Under the pieces are notes generated by a model. It was not told the DNA's origin and did no database searches. It saw nothing but the letters and a program-made list of their open reading frames with translations. Below, piece after piece: positions 23,140 to 32,796 of a DNA stretch of 45,891 nt (position 1 is the first letter of the stretch; each line of letters opens with the position of its first letter). The translations under genes were made by a program, and so were the position numbers. The DNA comes from Nanobdellota archaeon (GTDB taxonomy: Archaea > Nanobdellota > Nanobdellia > Pacearchaeales > GW2011-AR1), in NCBI GenBank assembly GCA_017610405.1, contig JAFCCD010000001.1:1-45891 (forward strand). The letters are read 5' to 3'.

Positions 23140-24090
23140 ATGCCAACAAGAAAATCTCCAAGGAAAGGGTCTTTGCAATTTTGGCCAAGAAAAAGAGCCA
23201 ATAAATTTTTACCTAGAGTCAACTGGGATGCGATTAATTCTGAAAAAAAGCTTAAGGGATTTATCTGTTATAAAGCTGGGATGGCTTCTGCCTATGTTAA
23301 GGATGAAACACCTGATTCAATGACTAAGGGAAAGAAAATTTCTATCCCTATTACAATTCTTGAATGTCCTCCAATAAAAATATTTTCTGTTAGATTCTAT
23401 AAAAATAAAAATCTTTTCAAAGAGATTGTTGCTGAAAAAACTGAAAAAGAATTAAAAAGAAAATTAAAGTTGCCAAAAGAAAAAAGCCCAAAAATTGAAG
23501 ACATTCAATCTGAAAATGATTTTGATGACATAAGAGTTTTATGCTATTCACAAGTAAAAAAGACAGGAATAAAAAAAACTCCTGATATAAGTGAAATAGG
23601 ACTTTCTGGAACTTTAAAAGAAAAACTTGATTTTGTGAAAGAAAATTTTGAAAAAGAAATTCCTATTTTGAATGTTTTTGAAAAAGGAGATTTAATTGAT
23701 CTAAGAGGATTAACAAAAGGTAAAGGAATGCAGGGTCCTGTAAAAAGATTTGGAATAAAACTAAAACACCATAAATCAGAAAAAGGAAGAAGAAGACCAG
23801 GGAGTCTTGGTCCGTGGCATCCTGCAAGAGTTATTTTTAGGGTTCCAATGGCCGGACAACTCGGAATGTTTTCTAGAATCACATACAATAATAAAATCAT
23901 AGACATTGGAAAATCAGAAAACAAAAATTGGCTTAAAAATATAAAGAATTTTGGAAATTTAAAAACAGATTATATTATTGTGAATAGTTCTGTATCTGGT
24001 CCTGCGAAAAGACAATTACTTATCACATCTCCTTTAAGAAAAACAAAAAGGCAAGAAAAGAAAAATTATGAAGTCATTGAATTTAGATAA
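23140..24090 (+). CDS. rpl3: Ribosomal protein L3 (uL3)
   Basis: 'MPTRKSPRKGSLQFWPRKRA', 'GKGMQGPVKRFG', 'GSLGPWHPARV'. Confidence 0.95.
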   Translation: MPTRKSPRKGSLQFWPRKRANKFLPRVNWDAINSEKKLKGFICYKAGMASAYVKDETPDSMTKGKKISIPITILECPPIKIFSVRFYKNKNLFKEIVAEKTEKELKRKLKLPKEKSPKIEDIQSENDFDDIRVLCYSQVKKTGIKKTPDISEIGLSGTLKEKLDFVKENFEKEIPILNVFEKGDLIDLRGLTKGKGMQGPVKRFGIKLKHHKSEKGRRRPGSLGPWHPARVIFRVPMAGQLGMFSRITYNNKIIDIGKSENKNWLKNIKNFGNLKTDYIIVNSSVSGPAKRQLLITSPLRKTKRQEKKNYEVIEFR

Positions 24091-24092
24091 AA

Positions 24093-24887
24093 ATGAAAGT
24101 TAAAATATTTAATATAGATGGAAAGAAAACAAAAGAAATAGAATTACCTAAAATCTTTTCTTCTCCAATAAGAGAAGATATCGTTAGCAAAATTCTTGAA
24201 ATTAAAAAAACTCATCAACCATATTCCCCTTCCCCAGTTGCAGGAAAACAACATTCTGCATCTGGAAGAATTATCCATAGAAGACATGTATGGAAAAGTG
24301 GCTACGGAAGAGGAGCTTCAAGAATTCCAAGAAAAATACTCACTAAAAGAGGTTCACAATTCAACTGGATTGGTGCCGAGGTTGCTTCCACAAGGGGCGG
24401 AAGAAGAGCACACCCTCCAAAAGTAATATCTATGATTAATACATCAAAAATAAATAAAAAAGAAATGAGATTTGCACTTGCTTCTGCATTAAGCGCAACA
24501 GCAAATAAAAAAATGGTTGCTTCAAAATATGAAAGATTAACAGAAAAAAATATTGAAACTCTTCCTTTTATTGTTGAATCAAAAATTACCCTATTAAAAA
24601 CAAAAGAATTTGTTTTAAGTATGAAAAAAATTCTTGGAGAAAGTCTTTTTGAAATAGCATTTAGAAAGAAAAAAATTAGAAGTGGGAGAGGAAAATTAAG
24701 AGGGAGAAAATACAAAAATAATGCAGGATTTTTAATTGTTACAAGTGGTAATGAAGAACTAAAAACAAAATCAATTGAAACAAAAAAAGTGGGTAATCTT
24801 AGTGTTTTAGATCTTGCTAAAGGTGGTCTTGGAAGATTAATCCTTTATACTGAAAATGCCATTAAAGAATTAGGAGAATTCAAATGA
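24093..24887 (+). CDS. rpl4: Ribosomal protein L4 (uL4)
   Basis: 'GKQHSASG...WKSGYGRGASRIPR', 'STRGGRRAHPPK', plus operon position. Confidence 0.95.
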   Translation: MKVKIFNIDGKKTKEIELPKIFSSPIREDIVSKILEIKKTHQPYSPSPVAGKQHSASGRIIHRRHVWKSGYGRGASRIPRKILTKRGSQFNWIGAEVASTRGGRRAHPPKVISMINTSKINKKEMRFALASALSATANKKMVASKYERLTEKNIETLPFIVESKITLLKTKEFVLSMKKILGESLFEIAFRKKKIRSGRGKLRGRKYKNNAGFLIVTSGNEELKTKSIETKKVGNLSVLDLAKGGLGRLILYTENAIKELGEFK

Positions 24888-25132
24888 AAATTCAATTAAA
24901 ACCAGTTGTTACAGAAAAAGCAGTAATGATGATAGAGTCTCAAAACACATTAACATTTCAAACAGGAAAAATAACAACAAAACAAGAAATAAAAAAAGAG
25001 ATAGAAGACTTATTTAAAATTAAAATTAAAAAAATAAGAACTCTTATCAGAGGAAGTGTAAAATATGTTTATATCAAACTTAAACCAGAATTTGTTGCGC
25101 TTGATATTGCAACAAAATTAGGAATAATGTAA
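24884..25132 (+). CDS. rpl23: Ribosomal protein L23 (uL23)
   Basis: 'LKPVVTEKAVMMIESQNTLTFQ..KITTKQEIKKEIEDLF', plus operon position. Confidence 0.92.
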   Translation: MKIQLKPVVTEKAVMMIESQNTLTFQTGKITTKQEIKKEIEDLFKIKIKKIRTLIRGSVKYVYIKLKPEFVALDIATKLGIM

Positions 25133-25133
25133 T

Positions 25134-25832
25134 ATGGGTAAAAGAATAATTCAACAAGCAAGAGGGCATGGAAGTGGAATTTATAGAGTTAGAAAAAGAG
25201 CTTTTAGATATGAATTAAAATATCCTGTAAAACCTTTAGGTATAGGAACAGTAATTAAACTTATCAATTCTCCAGCACATTCTGCCCCATTAGCAAAAAT
25301 AAATTATGACAAGAAAATATTTTATATTCCTGCATTCAAGGGACTGGTTGAAGGACAAAAAATAAATTTTGAAGAAAAAGAAATCACTAAGGGAAATATT
25401 CTTAGATTGAAAGATATTCCTATAAAAACATCTATTTACAATATAGAATCAAGACCTGGTGATGGGGGAACTTTTATAAAAAGTGCAGGAAGTTGTGGGG
25501 TAGTTAGTAGAATCATAGGAAAACACATCTACATTTTAATGCCATCAAAAAAAGAAAAAAAGTTTAATGAAAATTGTAGAGCAATTATAGGAACTGTTGC
25601 TGGCTCAGGAAGGCTAGAAAAACCAATAATTAAGGCTGGGAAACAACATTATATTAAAAAAGGTAAAGGTAAATTGTGGCCAAGAACCTCTGCTGTAAAA
25701 GTAAATGTAATTGACCATCCTTTTGGTTCAGGTAGAGGGAAAAATCCAAAGAGTAAAATTGCTAAAAGAAATGCTCCACCAGGAAAAAAAGTTGGATTAT
25801 TGAGGCCAAGAAGAACAGGAAAGAAAAAATAA
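25134..25832 (+). CDS. rpl2: Ribosomal protein L2 (uL2)
   Basis: '[14 protein letters not shown]', '[14 protein letters not shown]', '[11 protein letters not shown]'. Confidence 0.95.
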   Translation: MGKRIIQQARGHGSGIYRVRKRAFRYELKYPVKPLGIGTVIKLINSPAHSAPLAKINYDKKIFYIPAFKGLVEGQKINFEEKEITKGNILRLKDIPIKTSIYNIESRPGDGGTFIKSAGSCGVVSRIIGKHIYILMPSKKEKKFNENCRAIIGTVAGSGRLEKPIIKAGKQHYIKKGKGKLWPRTSAVKVNVIDHPFGSGRGKNPKSKIAKRNAPPGKKVGLLRPRRTGKKK

Positions 25833-25833
25833 A

Positions 25834-26244
25834 ATGGAAAAAGAAAATATAGAGATAAAAAAGAAAGATTTTACATATAGGGGAGAAACTCTTGAAAATT
25901 TAAAAAAATTAGATGTAAGAGAATTTGCTAAATATTTAAAATCAAGACCAAGAAGAAATGTTCTTAGACAATTCAATAAACTTGAAAATTTCATTAGCTC
26001 TGCAAAAATTAAGATAACTAAAAATAAATCAATAAGAACCCATCAAAGAGATCTTACTATTGTTCCTGAAATGGTCGGAATGAAGATATTTGTCTATAAT
26101 GGAAAGAGTTTTTTTCCAGTAGAAATAGTAAATGAAATGCTTGGCCACAAAATTGGAGAATTTGCCTTAACTCGTGGAAGAGTCAAACACGGAAAATCCG
26201 GTGTGGGTGCAACCAAGGGAACTAAATTCAAGGCTAAAAAATAA
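25834..26244 (+). CDS. rps19: Ribosomal protein S19 (uS19)
   Basis: '[44 protein letters not shown]'. Confidence 0.95.
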   Translation: MEKENIEIKKKDFTYRGETLENLKKLDVREFAKYLKSRPRRNVLRQFNKLENFISSAKIKITKNKSIRTHQRDLTIVPEMVGMKIFVYNGKSFFPVEIVNEMLGHKIGEFALTRGRVKHGKSGVGATKGTKFKAKK

Positions 26245-26246
26245 AA

Positions 26247-26780
26247 ATGGAAAAAGAAAATAAAAATAAAGAAGAAGAAAAAATTCAGGAAGAAAAAAAA
26301 CCTGTAGAAGAACTAGGAAAAAAACAGGAAGAAAAGATTGAAGAGAAGAAAACAGAAAAAAAACCAGAAGTTAAAAGGCCAAAAAAAACAGAAGCTGTGA
26401 TTAATGCAAGAAATCTTCCAATATCTACAAAAGATTCTAAAGCTATTTGCAAATTTATTAAAAACAAAAAAATTGGAAATGCAATTACTGATCTAGAACA
26501 GGTTGTTGCACTAAAAAAAGCAATTCCTATGAAGGGAGAAATCCCTCATAAAAAAGGAAAGGGAATGATGGCAGGAAGATTTCCAAAAAATTCTTCTCTA
26601 AGTTTTATAAAATTATTAAAGAATCTCTCAGCAAATGCAACTTACAATGGATTAGAAGAACCATTAATTGCTGAATCTATTGCAAATATTGGAGAACGAC
26701 CTCATGGGAAATTTGGATGGGTAAGGAAAAAAAGAACTCACATCAGATTAAAAGCTATTGAGATGAAAAAAAGAAAGTAA
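26247..26780 (+). CDS. rpl22: Ribosomal protein L22 (uL22) with a K/E-rich N-terminal extension of about 45 aa
   Basis: The core 'ARNLPISTKDSKAICKFIKNKKIGNAITDLEQV...' is preceded by 'MEKENKNKEEEKIQEEKKPVEELGKKQEEKIEEKKTEKKPE'. Confidence 0.92.
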   Translation: MEKENKNKEEEKIQEEKKPVEELGKKQEEKIEEKKTEKKPEVKRPKKTEAVINARNLPISTKDSKAICKFIKNKKIGNAITDLEQVVALKKAIPMKGEIPHKKGKGMMAGRFPKNSSLSFIKLLKNLSANATYNGLEEPLIAESIANIGERPHGKFGWVRKKRTHIRLKAIEMKKRK

Positions 26781-26783
26781 AAA

Positions 26784-27503
26784 ATGGAAGAAAAAAACGT
26801 TATTAAATTTAAAAAAGAAGAATTCTCTATTCGTGAATATGTAAAAAATTCTCTTGGGAAAGGAAAAATAAGTGAGGTAAGAGTAGAATATGCTCCTGTG
26901 GGAGAGAAAATAATTGTTTCTACTAACAAACCAGGATTAGTCATAGGAAGGGGTGGAGAAAAAATAAATGAACTTACCAGGAATCTAAAGAAAAAATTCA
27001 ATCTTGAAAATCCTCATGTGGAAATAGATGAAGTAATGAAACCAGAATTTACTGCTCAAATAATGGCTGATGAAATTGCCTTGAGTATTGAAAGGTTTGG
27101 TCCTTTAAGATTCAAGGTTGTTGCTTACCGAGTGCTGCAAAAAATTATGAATGCAGGAGCGCTTGGAGTTGAAATAAGATTAAGTGGGAAACTTCCTGGT
27201 TCAAGAGCAAAAACATGGAGATTTGCCCAAGGATATTTAAAGAAAACAGGAGATCCTGCAAAATTAGTTGATAGAGCACAATCCATAGCACAAACAAAAC
27301 CAGGAGTAGTAGGAGTAAAAGTAGGTATACTTTCACCTGACGTTGTCTTGATAGATAAAGTAAATATTAATGAAGAACTTCTTGAAAAAATTAGAAAAAA
27401 TATTGAAACAGAAAAAGAACCAAAAAAAGAATTAAAAATTAAATTAAATAAAACTAAAATAAAAAATGGCAATGAAAATAAAAGATCTAAAAAGACTGAA
27501 TAA
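26784..27503 (+). CDS. rps3: Ribosomal protein S3 (uS3) with a K/E-rich C-terminal tail
   Basis: KH domain 'KPGLVIGRGGEKINELT', and 'RLSGKLPGSRAKTWRFAQGYLKK'. Confidence 0.95.
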   Translation: MEEKNVIKFKKEEFSIREYVKNSLGKGKISEVRVEYAPVGEKIIVSTNKPGLVIGRGGEKINELTRNLKKKFNLENPHVEIDEVMKPEFTAQIMADEIALSIERFGPLRFKVVAYRVLQKIMNAGALGVEIRLSGKLPGSRAKTWRFAQGYLKKTGDPAKLVDRAQSIAQTKPGVVGVKVGILSPDVVLIDKVNINEELLEKIRKNIETEKEPKKELKIKLNKTKIKNGNENKRSKKTE

Positions 27504-27636
27504 AAAAGAAAGGGAAGAAAAACTTCAGGAATTAAAGATGGAATTAATAAAATCACGAGTTGCATCAGAGAAAAGTAGTTCAAAAGTAAAAGAAATTAAA
27601 AAAATGATTGCAAGAATACTCACACTCAATAAATAA
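27466..27636 (+). CDS. rpl29: Ribosomal protein L29 (uL29)
   Basis: Not in the ORF track (56 aa); read as 'MAMKIKDLKRLNKKEREEKLQELKMELIKSRVASEKSSSKVKEIKKMIARILTLNK*'. It overlaps the 3' end of rps3. Confidence 0.88.
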   Translation: MAMKIKDLKRLNKKEREEKLQELKMELIKSRVASEKSSSKVKEIKKMIARILTLNK

Positions 27637-27637
27637 C

Positions 27638-27937
27638 ATGGAAATATGTCCAAAATGTGGTCTTCCTAAACAAGCCTGTGTATGCGAACAGATTGTAAAA
27701 AGTTCACAGAAAATAAAGATCACAACAGATAAGAAAAGATACGGAAAAATTGTAACTATTGTTACGGGATTTGAAAGTGGAATCAATATAAGACAAATCG
27801 CAAAAGACCTAAAAAATAGTCTTGCTTGCGGAGGAACTTATAAAGAAGATAAGATAGAACTTCAAGGAGAGCATAAGAAGAAAGTAAAAGAAATGTTAGT
27901 CAAATTTGGATTTGAAGAAGATTCCATAGAAAATTAA
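27638..27937 (+). CDS. sui1: Translation initiation factor SUI1 (aIF1)
   Basis: 'MEICPKCGLPKQACVCE', 'RYGKIVTIVTGF', 'LKNSLACGGTYKEDKIELQGEH'. The ATG at 27638, just after the L29 stop, is preferred over the track start at 27608. Confidence 0.9.
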   Translation: MEICPKCGLPKQACVCEQIVKSSQKIKITTDKKRYGKIVTIVTGFESGINIRQIAKDLKNSLACGGTYKEDKIELQGEHKKKVKEMLVKFGFEEDSIEN

Positions 27938-27961
27938 AATTAAGAAAAACGCACAAATAAA

Positions 27962-28342
27962 ATGAAAGAAAAAAAGACCGAGAAAAGTCTTAAAAAAACT
28001 GAATCTAAAAAGAAAAAGGAAACAAAAATAGCTGAAGCACCATATGAAGACAGAGATTGTCCTTTTCACGGCAAATTGAAAATAAGGGGAAGAACTTTTG
28101 AAGGAGAAGTAAAAAGAAAGTTTCCTAGAAGAATCTCTATAGAATTTGAAAGGATGCTCTATATCAGAAAATATGAAAGATATGCAAAATCAAAAACAAA
28201 GATTCATGCAAGGCTTCCAAAATGTATGGAAGATGAAATTAACATAGGTGATACAGTATTGATTAAAGAATGTAGGCCCTTAAGTAAAATAATCCATTTT
28301 GTAGTCATCAAAAAAATCAAAAGTGGAGGAAAAATAGAATGA
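27962..28342 (+). CDS. rps17: Ribosomal protein S17 (uS17) with a Lys-rich N-terminal extension
   Basis: 'CPFHGKLKIRGRTFEGEVK', 'IGDTVLIKECRPLSKIIHFVV'. Confidence 0.93.
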   Translation: MKEKKTEKSLKKTESKKKKETKIAEAPYEDRDCPFHGKLKIRGRTFEGEVKRKFPRRISIEFERMLYIRKYERYAKSKTKIHARLPKCMEDEINIGDTVLIKECRPLSKIIHFVVIKKIKSGGKIE

Positions 28343-28740
28343 AAGCAATTTCAGCAAAAGTAACAGCAGGATTAAATTTTGGGGCACTTTTAGTTGTAGC
28401 TGATAATAGTGGAGGAAAAATAGCCAAACTAGTATCTGTAAAAAGAGGGAAAGGAAGAAAAGGACGACAAGGACGTGCAAAAGTTGCAGACTTTGTTAAA
28501 GTAAGCATAAAAAAAGGAAATCCAGAAATGAAAGGGAATGTTTTTGATGCTATTATAATTCGTCAGAAAAAAACTTATAGAAGAAAGAATGGTGAAAGAG
28601 TTGGTTTTGAAGATAACGCTGTTGCAATACTCAAAGACGAAAAAGCAAACCCTAAAGGAACAAGAATTAAGGGTCCTGTAGCAAGGGAAGTAATGGAGCG
28701 CTGGCCTTCTGTGGCAAGAATTGCTTCATTTGTATATTAA
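28339..28740 (+). CDS. rpl14: Ribosomal protein L14 (uL14)
   Basis: 'LLVVADNSGGK', 'FDAIIIRQKK.YRRKNGERVGFEDNAVAIL'. Confidence 0.95.
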   Translation: MKAISAKVTAGLNFGALLVVADNSGGKIAKLVSVKRGKGRKGRQGRAKVADFVKVSIKKGNPEMKGNVFDAIIIRQKKTYRRKNGERVGFEDNAVAILKDEKANPKGTRIKGPVAREVMERWPSVARIASFVY

Positions 28741-28741
28741 A

Positions 28742-29191
28742 ATGAAAAAAAAATTCAGCACTGCATGGAAATCTAGTAAACAACCTAGAAAACAGAGAAA
28801 ATATCTAGCTAATGCTCCCCTTCACATTAAGAGGAAATTAATGAATGCAAATTTATCTAAAGAACTAAGAAAAAAATACAACAAGAGATCAATCCCTTTG
28901 AGAAAAAAAGATACTATAAAAATTTTAAGAGGGAAATTCAAAGGAAAGAAAGGGAAAATAACAAGGATTATGATAAAGATTCAAAAAGTAGAAATTGAAA
29001 AAATACAGGTTAAAAAACAAGATGGCTCAAAAGTGAATATAAAATTAAGACCTTCAAATCTTCAGATTATTGAATTAAACCTTGAAGACAAAAAAAGAAA
29101 CAAGGCCTTGAACAAAGAAGTCAAAGAAAAGAAAGAAACAAAAAAGACAGAAGATAAAACTGAAAAGAAAGAAACTGGAGGAAAAAAATAA
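28742..29191 (+). CDS. rpl24: Ribosomal protein L24 (uL24) with a K/E-rich C-terminal tail
   Basis: 'SSKQPRKQRKYLANAPLHIKRKLM' and KOW 'DTIKILRGKFKGKKGKITRI'. The ATG at 28742 follows the L14 stop. Confidence 0.92.
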   Translation: MKKKFSTAWKSSKQPRKQRKYLANAPLHIKRKLMNANLSKELRKKYNKRSIPLRKKDTIKILRGKFKGKKGKITRIMIKIQKVEIEKIQVKKQDGSKVNIKLRPSNLQIIELNLEDKKRNKALNKEVKEKKETKKTEDKTEKKETGGKK

Positions 29192-29847
29192 TGCACTTAA
29201 AAAGACAAATGGTCCCTAAAAGCTGGCCAATACATAGGAAAGGAACAAAATATTTAGTTCGGCCAAAAGCAGATATTAAGAAAGGTGCACCTATTTTAAT
29301 TGTTTTGAGAGACATATTAAAAATAGTTCAGAATAGAAAGGAAGTAAAAAGAGTTATCCATATGCGACATATTTTATTGAATCATAAACTTGTAAATGAT
29401 GAAAAGAACAATGTCTGGTTATTTGATGTAATAACCCTCTTACCTTTAAAAAAGAGTTATAGACTGAAATTGTCAAAAAATAAAAAAATCGAAATGGAAG
29501 AAATCAATGAAAAAGAATCAAATTATAAAATAGCAAAAATAATTGGTAAAAAAATATTGAAAGGGAAAAAATTACAATTAAATCTTAGTGATGGAAGAAA
29601 CTTTATTTCAGATATCAGTTGTAATATTAATGATTCTGTTTTTATTAATCTTAAGGAAAAGAAAATAGAAAAATGTGTTCCTCTTAAAGAAAATTCGAAA
29701 ATTTTTATTTTTGCAGGAAAACACGCTGGGGAAGAAGGAACCATAAATAAGATAGATAAAGAAAACAAAACAGTTGAATTAAATATCAATGGAAAGGCAA
29801 CTCATGCTTTGATTGAACAATTAATAGTGATGAATAAAAATGGATAA
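29191..29847 (+). CDS. rps4e: Ribosomal protein S4e (eS4)
   Basis: 'MHLKRQMVPKSWPIHRKGTKYLVRP', C-terminal KOW 'IFAGKHAGEEGTI'. Confidence 0.93.
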   Translation: MHLKRQMVPKSWPIHRKGTKYLVRPKADIKKGAPILIVLRDILKIVQNRKEVKRVIHMRHILLNHKLVNDEKNNVWLFDVITLLPLKKSYRLKLSKNKKIEMEEINEKESNYKIAKIIGKKILKGKKLQLNLSDGRNFISDISCNINDSVFINLKEKKIEKCVPLKENSKIFIFAGKHAGEEGTINKIDKENKTVELNINGKATHALIEQLIVMNKNG

Positions 29848-30358
29848 AAAAATGGAAAACCAAGAAAATCCTATGAGAAAAATAAAAATGGAGAAAGTTG
29901 TATTAAGTATAGGTGGAACTGGAGAAGAACTTGAAAAAGGATTCAAACTTTTAAAAATTCTAACAGGAAGAACTCCTGCAAAAACAATATCAAGAAAGAG
30001 AATTCCTTCCCTTGGTGTAAGGCCTAAATTAGAAGTAGGGGCTGTTGTTACAATAAGAAAGAACCATATAGAAACTCTAAAAAAAATGCTTACCCCAATA
30101 GATAACATACTTAAAAAAAAGCAGATAAGTGAAAACAGTTTTTCATTTGGGGTAAAAGAATATATTGAAATTCCTGGAATAGAATATCAAAGAGATATAG
30201 GAATCAGGGGATTGGATGTTACAGTTATGTTCGAAAGAGCAGGTAGAAGAGTTAGATTAAAAAAAATAAAAAGGGGAAAAATTCCTAAAAAACAGAAAAT
30301 TACAAAAGAAGAAATAATCAAATTTATGGAGGAAAATTTTAATACAAAATTTATATAA
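29840..30358 (+). CDS. rpl5: Ribosomal protein L5 (uL5)
   Basis: 'NPMRKIKMEKVVLSIGGTG', 'GVRPKLEVGAVVTIR', 'GIRGLDVTV'. Confidence 0.93.
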   Translation: MDKKMENQENPMRKIKMEKVVLSIGGTGEELEKGFKLLKILTGRTPAKTISRKRIPSLGVRPKLEVGAVVTIRKNHIETLKKMLTPIDNILKKKQISENSFSFGVKEYIEIPGIEYQRDIGIRGLDVTVMFERAGRRVRLKKIKRGKIPKKQKITKEEIIKFMEENFNTKFI

Positions 30359-30359
30359 A

Positions 30360-30590
30360 ATGACAGCAAGTGATTGGAGGAAAATTTTAAAACAATTGAA
30401 GAACAAACCTGAAAAAATGCAGAAGTTCTTAAAGCATAATAAACCAAAAGAAAGGACAATTGGAATAGCGAAAAGAAAATGCGAAAGATGCGGAAGATTC
30501 GGTGCCCATATCAAATCATACGGATTAAATTTTTGTCGGCAATGCTTTAGAGAGATTGCGGAAGAAATCGGCTTTAAAAAATACAGTTAA
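30360..30590 (+). CDS. rps14: Ribosomal protein S14 (uS14, zinc-binding type)
   Basis: 'KRKCERCGRFGAHIKSYGLNFCRQCFREIAEEIGFKKYS*'. The internal Met at 30417 would give the usual ~57-aa protein, so the start is uncertain. Confidence 0.88.
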   Translation: MTASDWRKILKQLKNKPEKMQKFLKHNKPKERTIGIAKRKCERCGRFGAHIKSYGLNFCRQCFREIAEEIGFKKYS

Positions 30591-30591
30591 A

Positions 30592-30972
30592 ATGTCACAA
30601 GATATTATTGCAGATGCACTAAACATGATGAGAAATGCCAAAAGAGCAGGAAAAGAAATCGTAAAAGTCAATAGGATTTCAAAACTTTTAATTGAAATTC
30701 TAAAGATAATGAAACAAAAGAAAATAATAAAAAAATACAAAATTGATCTTAAAAATAAATTTTTGGAAATAACTCTCGGTGATTTCATAGAATGTAGAGC
30801 AATAAAGCCTAGATTTACAGTAAAACAAGACCAAATTGAAAAATATAAAAGAAGATACCTTCCAGCGAGAAATATTGGTACAATCATCATATCCACAAAT
30901 AAAGGATTATTGACGCATGAAGTAGCTTTAGAAGAAAAAATTGGGGGAAGTTTAATAGCTTATTTTTATTAA
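30592..30972 (+). CDS. rps8: Ribosomal protein S8 (uS8)
   Basis: 'MSQDIIADALNMMRNAKRAGK', 'IISTNKGLLTHEVALEEKIGGSLIAYFY*'. The ATG at 30592 follows the S14 stop. Confidence 0.93.
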   Translation: MSQDIIADALNMMRNAKRAGKEIVKVNRISKLLIEILKIMKQKKIIKKYKIDLKNKFLEITLGDFIECRAIKPRFTVKQDQIEKYKRRYLPARNIGTIIISTNKGLLTHEVALEEKIGGSLIAYFY

Positions 30973-30973
30973 A

Positions 30974-31516
30974 ATGAAAAAAGAACTTTACAAAAAAATA
31001 GAAATTCCTGAAGGAATTTCGGCAGAAATAACAGAAGATATTCTGAAAATTAGTGGGGCTGAAGGAGAAATCGAGAAAAAATTTAATATAAATAATCTTG
31101 AATTTAGTAAAGAAGATAATAAGATAATTATTGGAAATAAAAAAGCTACAAAAAAAGAAAAGAAACTAATGAATACTATTACTTCGCACATAAAAAACAT
31201 GTTTAAGGGAGTACAAGAAAAATTTGAATACCAACTAAAAATTTGCTTTAGTCATTTTCCTATTAATGTTGAAATAAAAGATGGAGAAGCTGTAATTAAA
31301 AATTTTATTGGGGAAAAAATTCCAAGAAAGACAAAAATTCTAAAGGGTGTAGAAATTGAACTGGATAACGACATAATAAAAGTTAAATCTGTTGACAAAG
31401 AACTTGCTGGGCAGGTTGCTGCAAATTTTGAAGCTGCTACGAAAATAAGAAAAAGAGATAGAAGAGTATTTCAAGATGGAATTTTCATAATAAACAAAGC
31501 AGGGAGGGAAATATAA
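30974..31516 (+). CDS. rpl6: Ribosomal protein L6 (uL6)
   Basis: 'IEIPEGISAEITEDILKISGAEGE', 'YQLKICFSHFPINVEIK', 'RRVFQDGIFI'. Confidence 0.93.
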   Translation: MKKELYKKIEIPEGISAEITEDILKISGAEGEIEKKFNINNLEFSKEDNKIIIGNKKATKKEKKLMNTITSHIKNMFKGVQEKFEYQLKICFSHFPINVEIKDGEAVIKNFIGEKIPRKTKILKGVEIELDNDIIKVKSVDKELAGQVAANFEAATKIRKRDRRVFQDGIFIINKAGREI

Positions 31517-31902
31517 TGGCAAAATTTTTGAGGAGAAATTGGAATAAATATAGTAAATTAGGAAAAAGAAAAAAGAAAAAACAAGTATGGAGAAAACCAA
31601 GAGGAAGAGATAATAAAATTAGAGAGAAAAGGAAGGGGTGTCCTAAATTTGTTAGTATAGGATATAAGAATGATATTCTTGAAAGAAAAAGAATTAGGGT
31701 TATAAGAAATCTTGACGCTCTGGAAAAAATTAAAAAAAATGAAATATTGGTTCTTGGAAATGTTGGAAAAAAGAAGAAAATTGAAATTTTAAAAAAAGCA
31801 AAAGAAAGAAAAATTTCTGTTCAGAATATGAATATTGAAAAATTCCTAAAGAAAATTGAGAAGCAAAAAAAACCAGAAAAAGTAGGAGAAGATAAAAAAT
31901 GA
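31516..31902 (+). CDS. rpl32e: Ribosomal protein L32e (eL32)
   Basis: 'WRKPRGRDNKIREKRKGCPKFVSIGY'. Confidence 0.9.
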   Translation: MAKFLRRNWNKYSKLGKRKKKKQVWRKPRGRDNKIREKRKGCPKFVSIGYKNDILERKRIRVIRNLDALEKIKKNEILVLGNVGKKKKIEILKKAKERKISVQNMNIEKFLKKIEKQKKPEKVGEDKK

Positions 31903-32294
31903 ATCTAAAAAAGAAAAAAGAACTTGCAAAAAGAACCTTTAATATAGGGGAAAAAAGAATAGTTTTTGCAGAATCTAGACTTAACGACATTAAAGAAGCA
32001 ATCACAAAACAAGATATAAGAGACTTAAAACAAGATGGAGCAATAATAATAAAAGAAAAAAAAGGTAGAAAAAAAATTAAAAAGAAAAGGGGCAGGAGCA
32101 TTGGTAATATAAGGAAAAAAAGGAAAAAGAGAAAAGAAGATTATATGATTCTTACAAGAAAACTAAGAAAATATACCTCAAAAATGAAGAATAAAAAAGA
32201 AATATCAAAAACAGATTTTGATGAGATAAGGAAAAAAATAAGAAATAAGATATTTAGAAGTAAATCTCATTTAAGAAATTACATGAAAGGATAA
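31899..32294 (+). CDS. rpl19e: Ribosomal protein L19e (eL19)
   Basis: 'KKELAKRTFNIGEKRIVF', 'ITKQDIRDLKQDGAIIIKEKKG'. Confidence 0.9.
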   Translation: MNLKKKKELAKRTFNIGEKRIVFAESRLNDIKEAITKQDIRDLKQDGAIIIKEKKGRKKIKKKRGRSIGNIRKKRKKRKEDYMILTRKLRKYTSKMKNKKEISKTDFDEIRKKIRNKIFRSKSHLRNYMKG

Positions 32295-32298
32295 AAAA

Positions 32299-32796
32299 AT
32301 GAAAACATTAAAAAGAAGACGAAAAGAACATAAAACAGATTATTTGAAGAGAATCCGTTTACTTAAAAGTGGATCTTCTAGAATTATATTTAAAAAAACA
32401 AACAGATACCTCATTACCCAATATGTTACAAGTAAAGAAGCAAAAGATAAAATTAAAATCGGGATGACTTCAAAAGATCTTCTTAAATATGGTTGGCCAA
32501 AAGAATTTAAAGGCAGCCTTAAATCAACTCCTGCTTCTTATCTTATTGGATTATTAATGGGTAAAAAAACTTTAGAAAAAAAACTTCCTGAACCTATTAT
32601 TAATTTTGGAATGCTTAGAGTTTTACATAAAAATAGTGCTTTTGCTTTTCTAAAAGGATTGAAAGATTCTGGAATTAAAGTAAAATGTGAAGATAAACTC
32701 TTCCCACCTGAAGAAAGAATAAAAGGAAAACATCTTAAAAAAGATTTTTCAAAAATATTCGAAGAAATTAAATCAAAAATAGAAAATGAAAAATGA
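32299..32796 (+). CDS. rpl18: Ribosomal protein L18 (uL18)
   Basis: 'RRRKEHKTDYLKRIRLLKSG..RIIFKKTNRYLITQYV'. Confidence 0.92.
   Translation: MKTLKRRRKEHKTDYLKRIRLLKSGSSRIIFKKTNRYLITQYVTSKEAKDKIKIGMTSKDLLKYGWPKEFKGSLKSTPASYLIGLLMGKKTLEKKLPEPIINFGMLRVLHKNSAFAFLKGLKDSGIKVKCEDKLFPPEERIKGKHLKKDFSKIFEEIKSKIENEK

Noticed and set aside
24196-24426. 76-aa same-strand alternate-frame ORF inside rpl4
   Set aside because: It is embedded in the well-conserved L4 reading frame and has no independent start context or recognisable product.
30360-30416. 19-aa N-terminal extension of S14 as a novel feature
   Set aside because: An internal Met at 30417 yields a normal-length S14. The extension cannot be separated from a start-codon ambiguity without alignment or proteomics.
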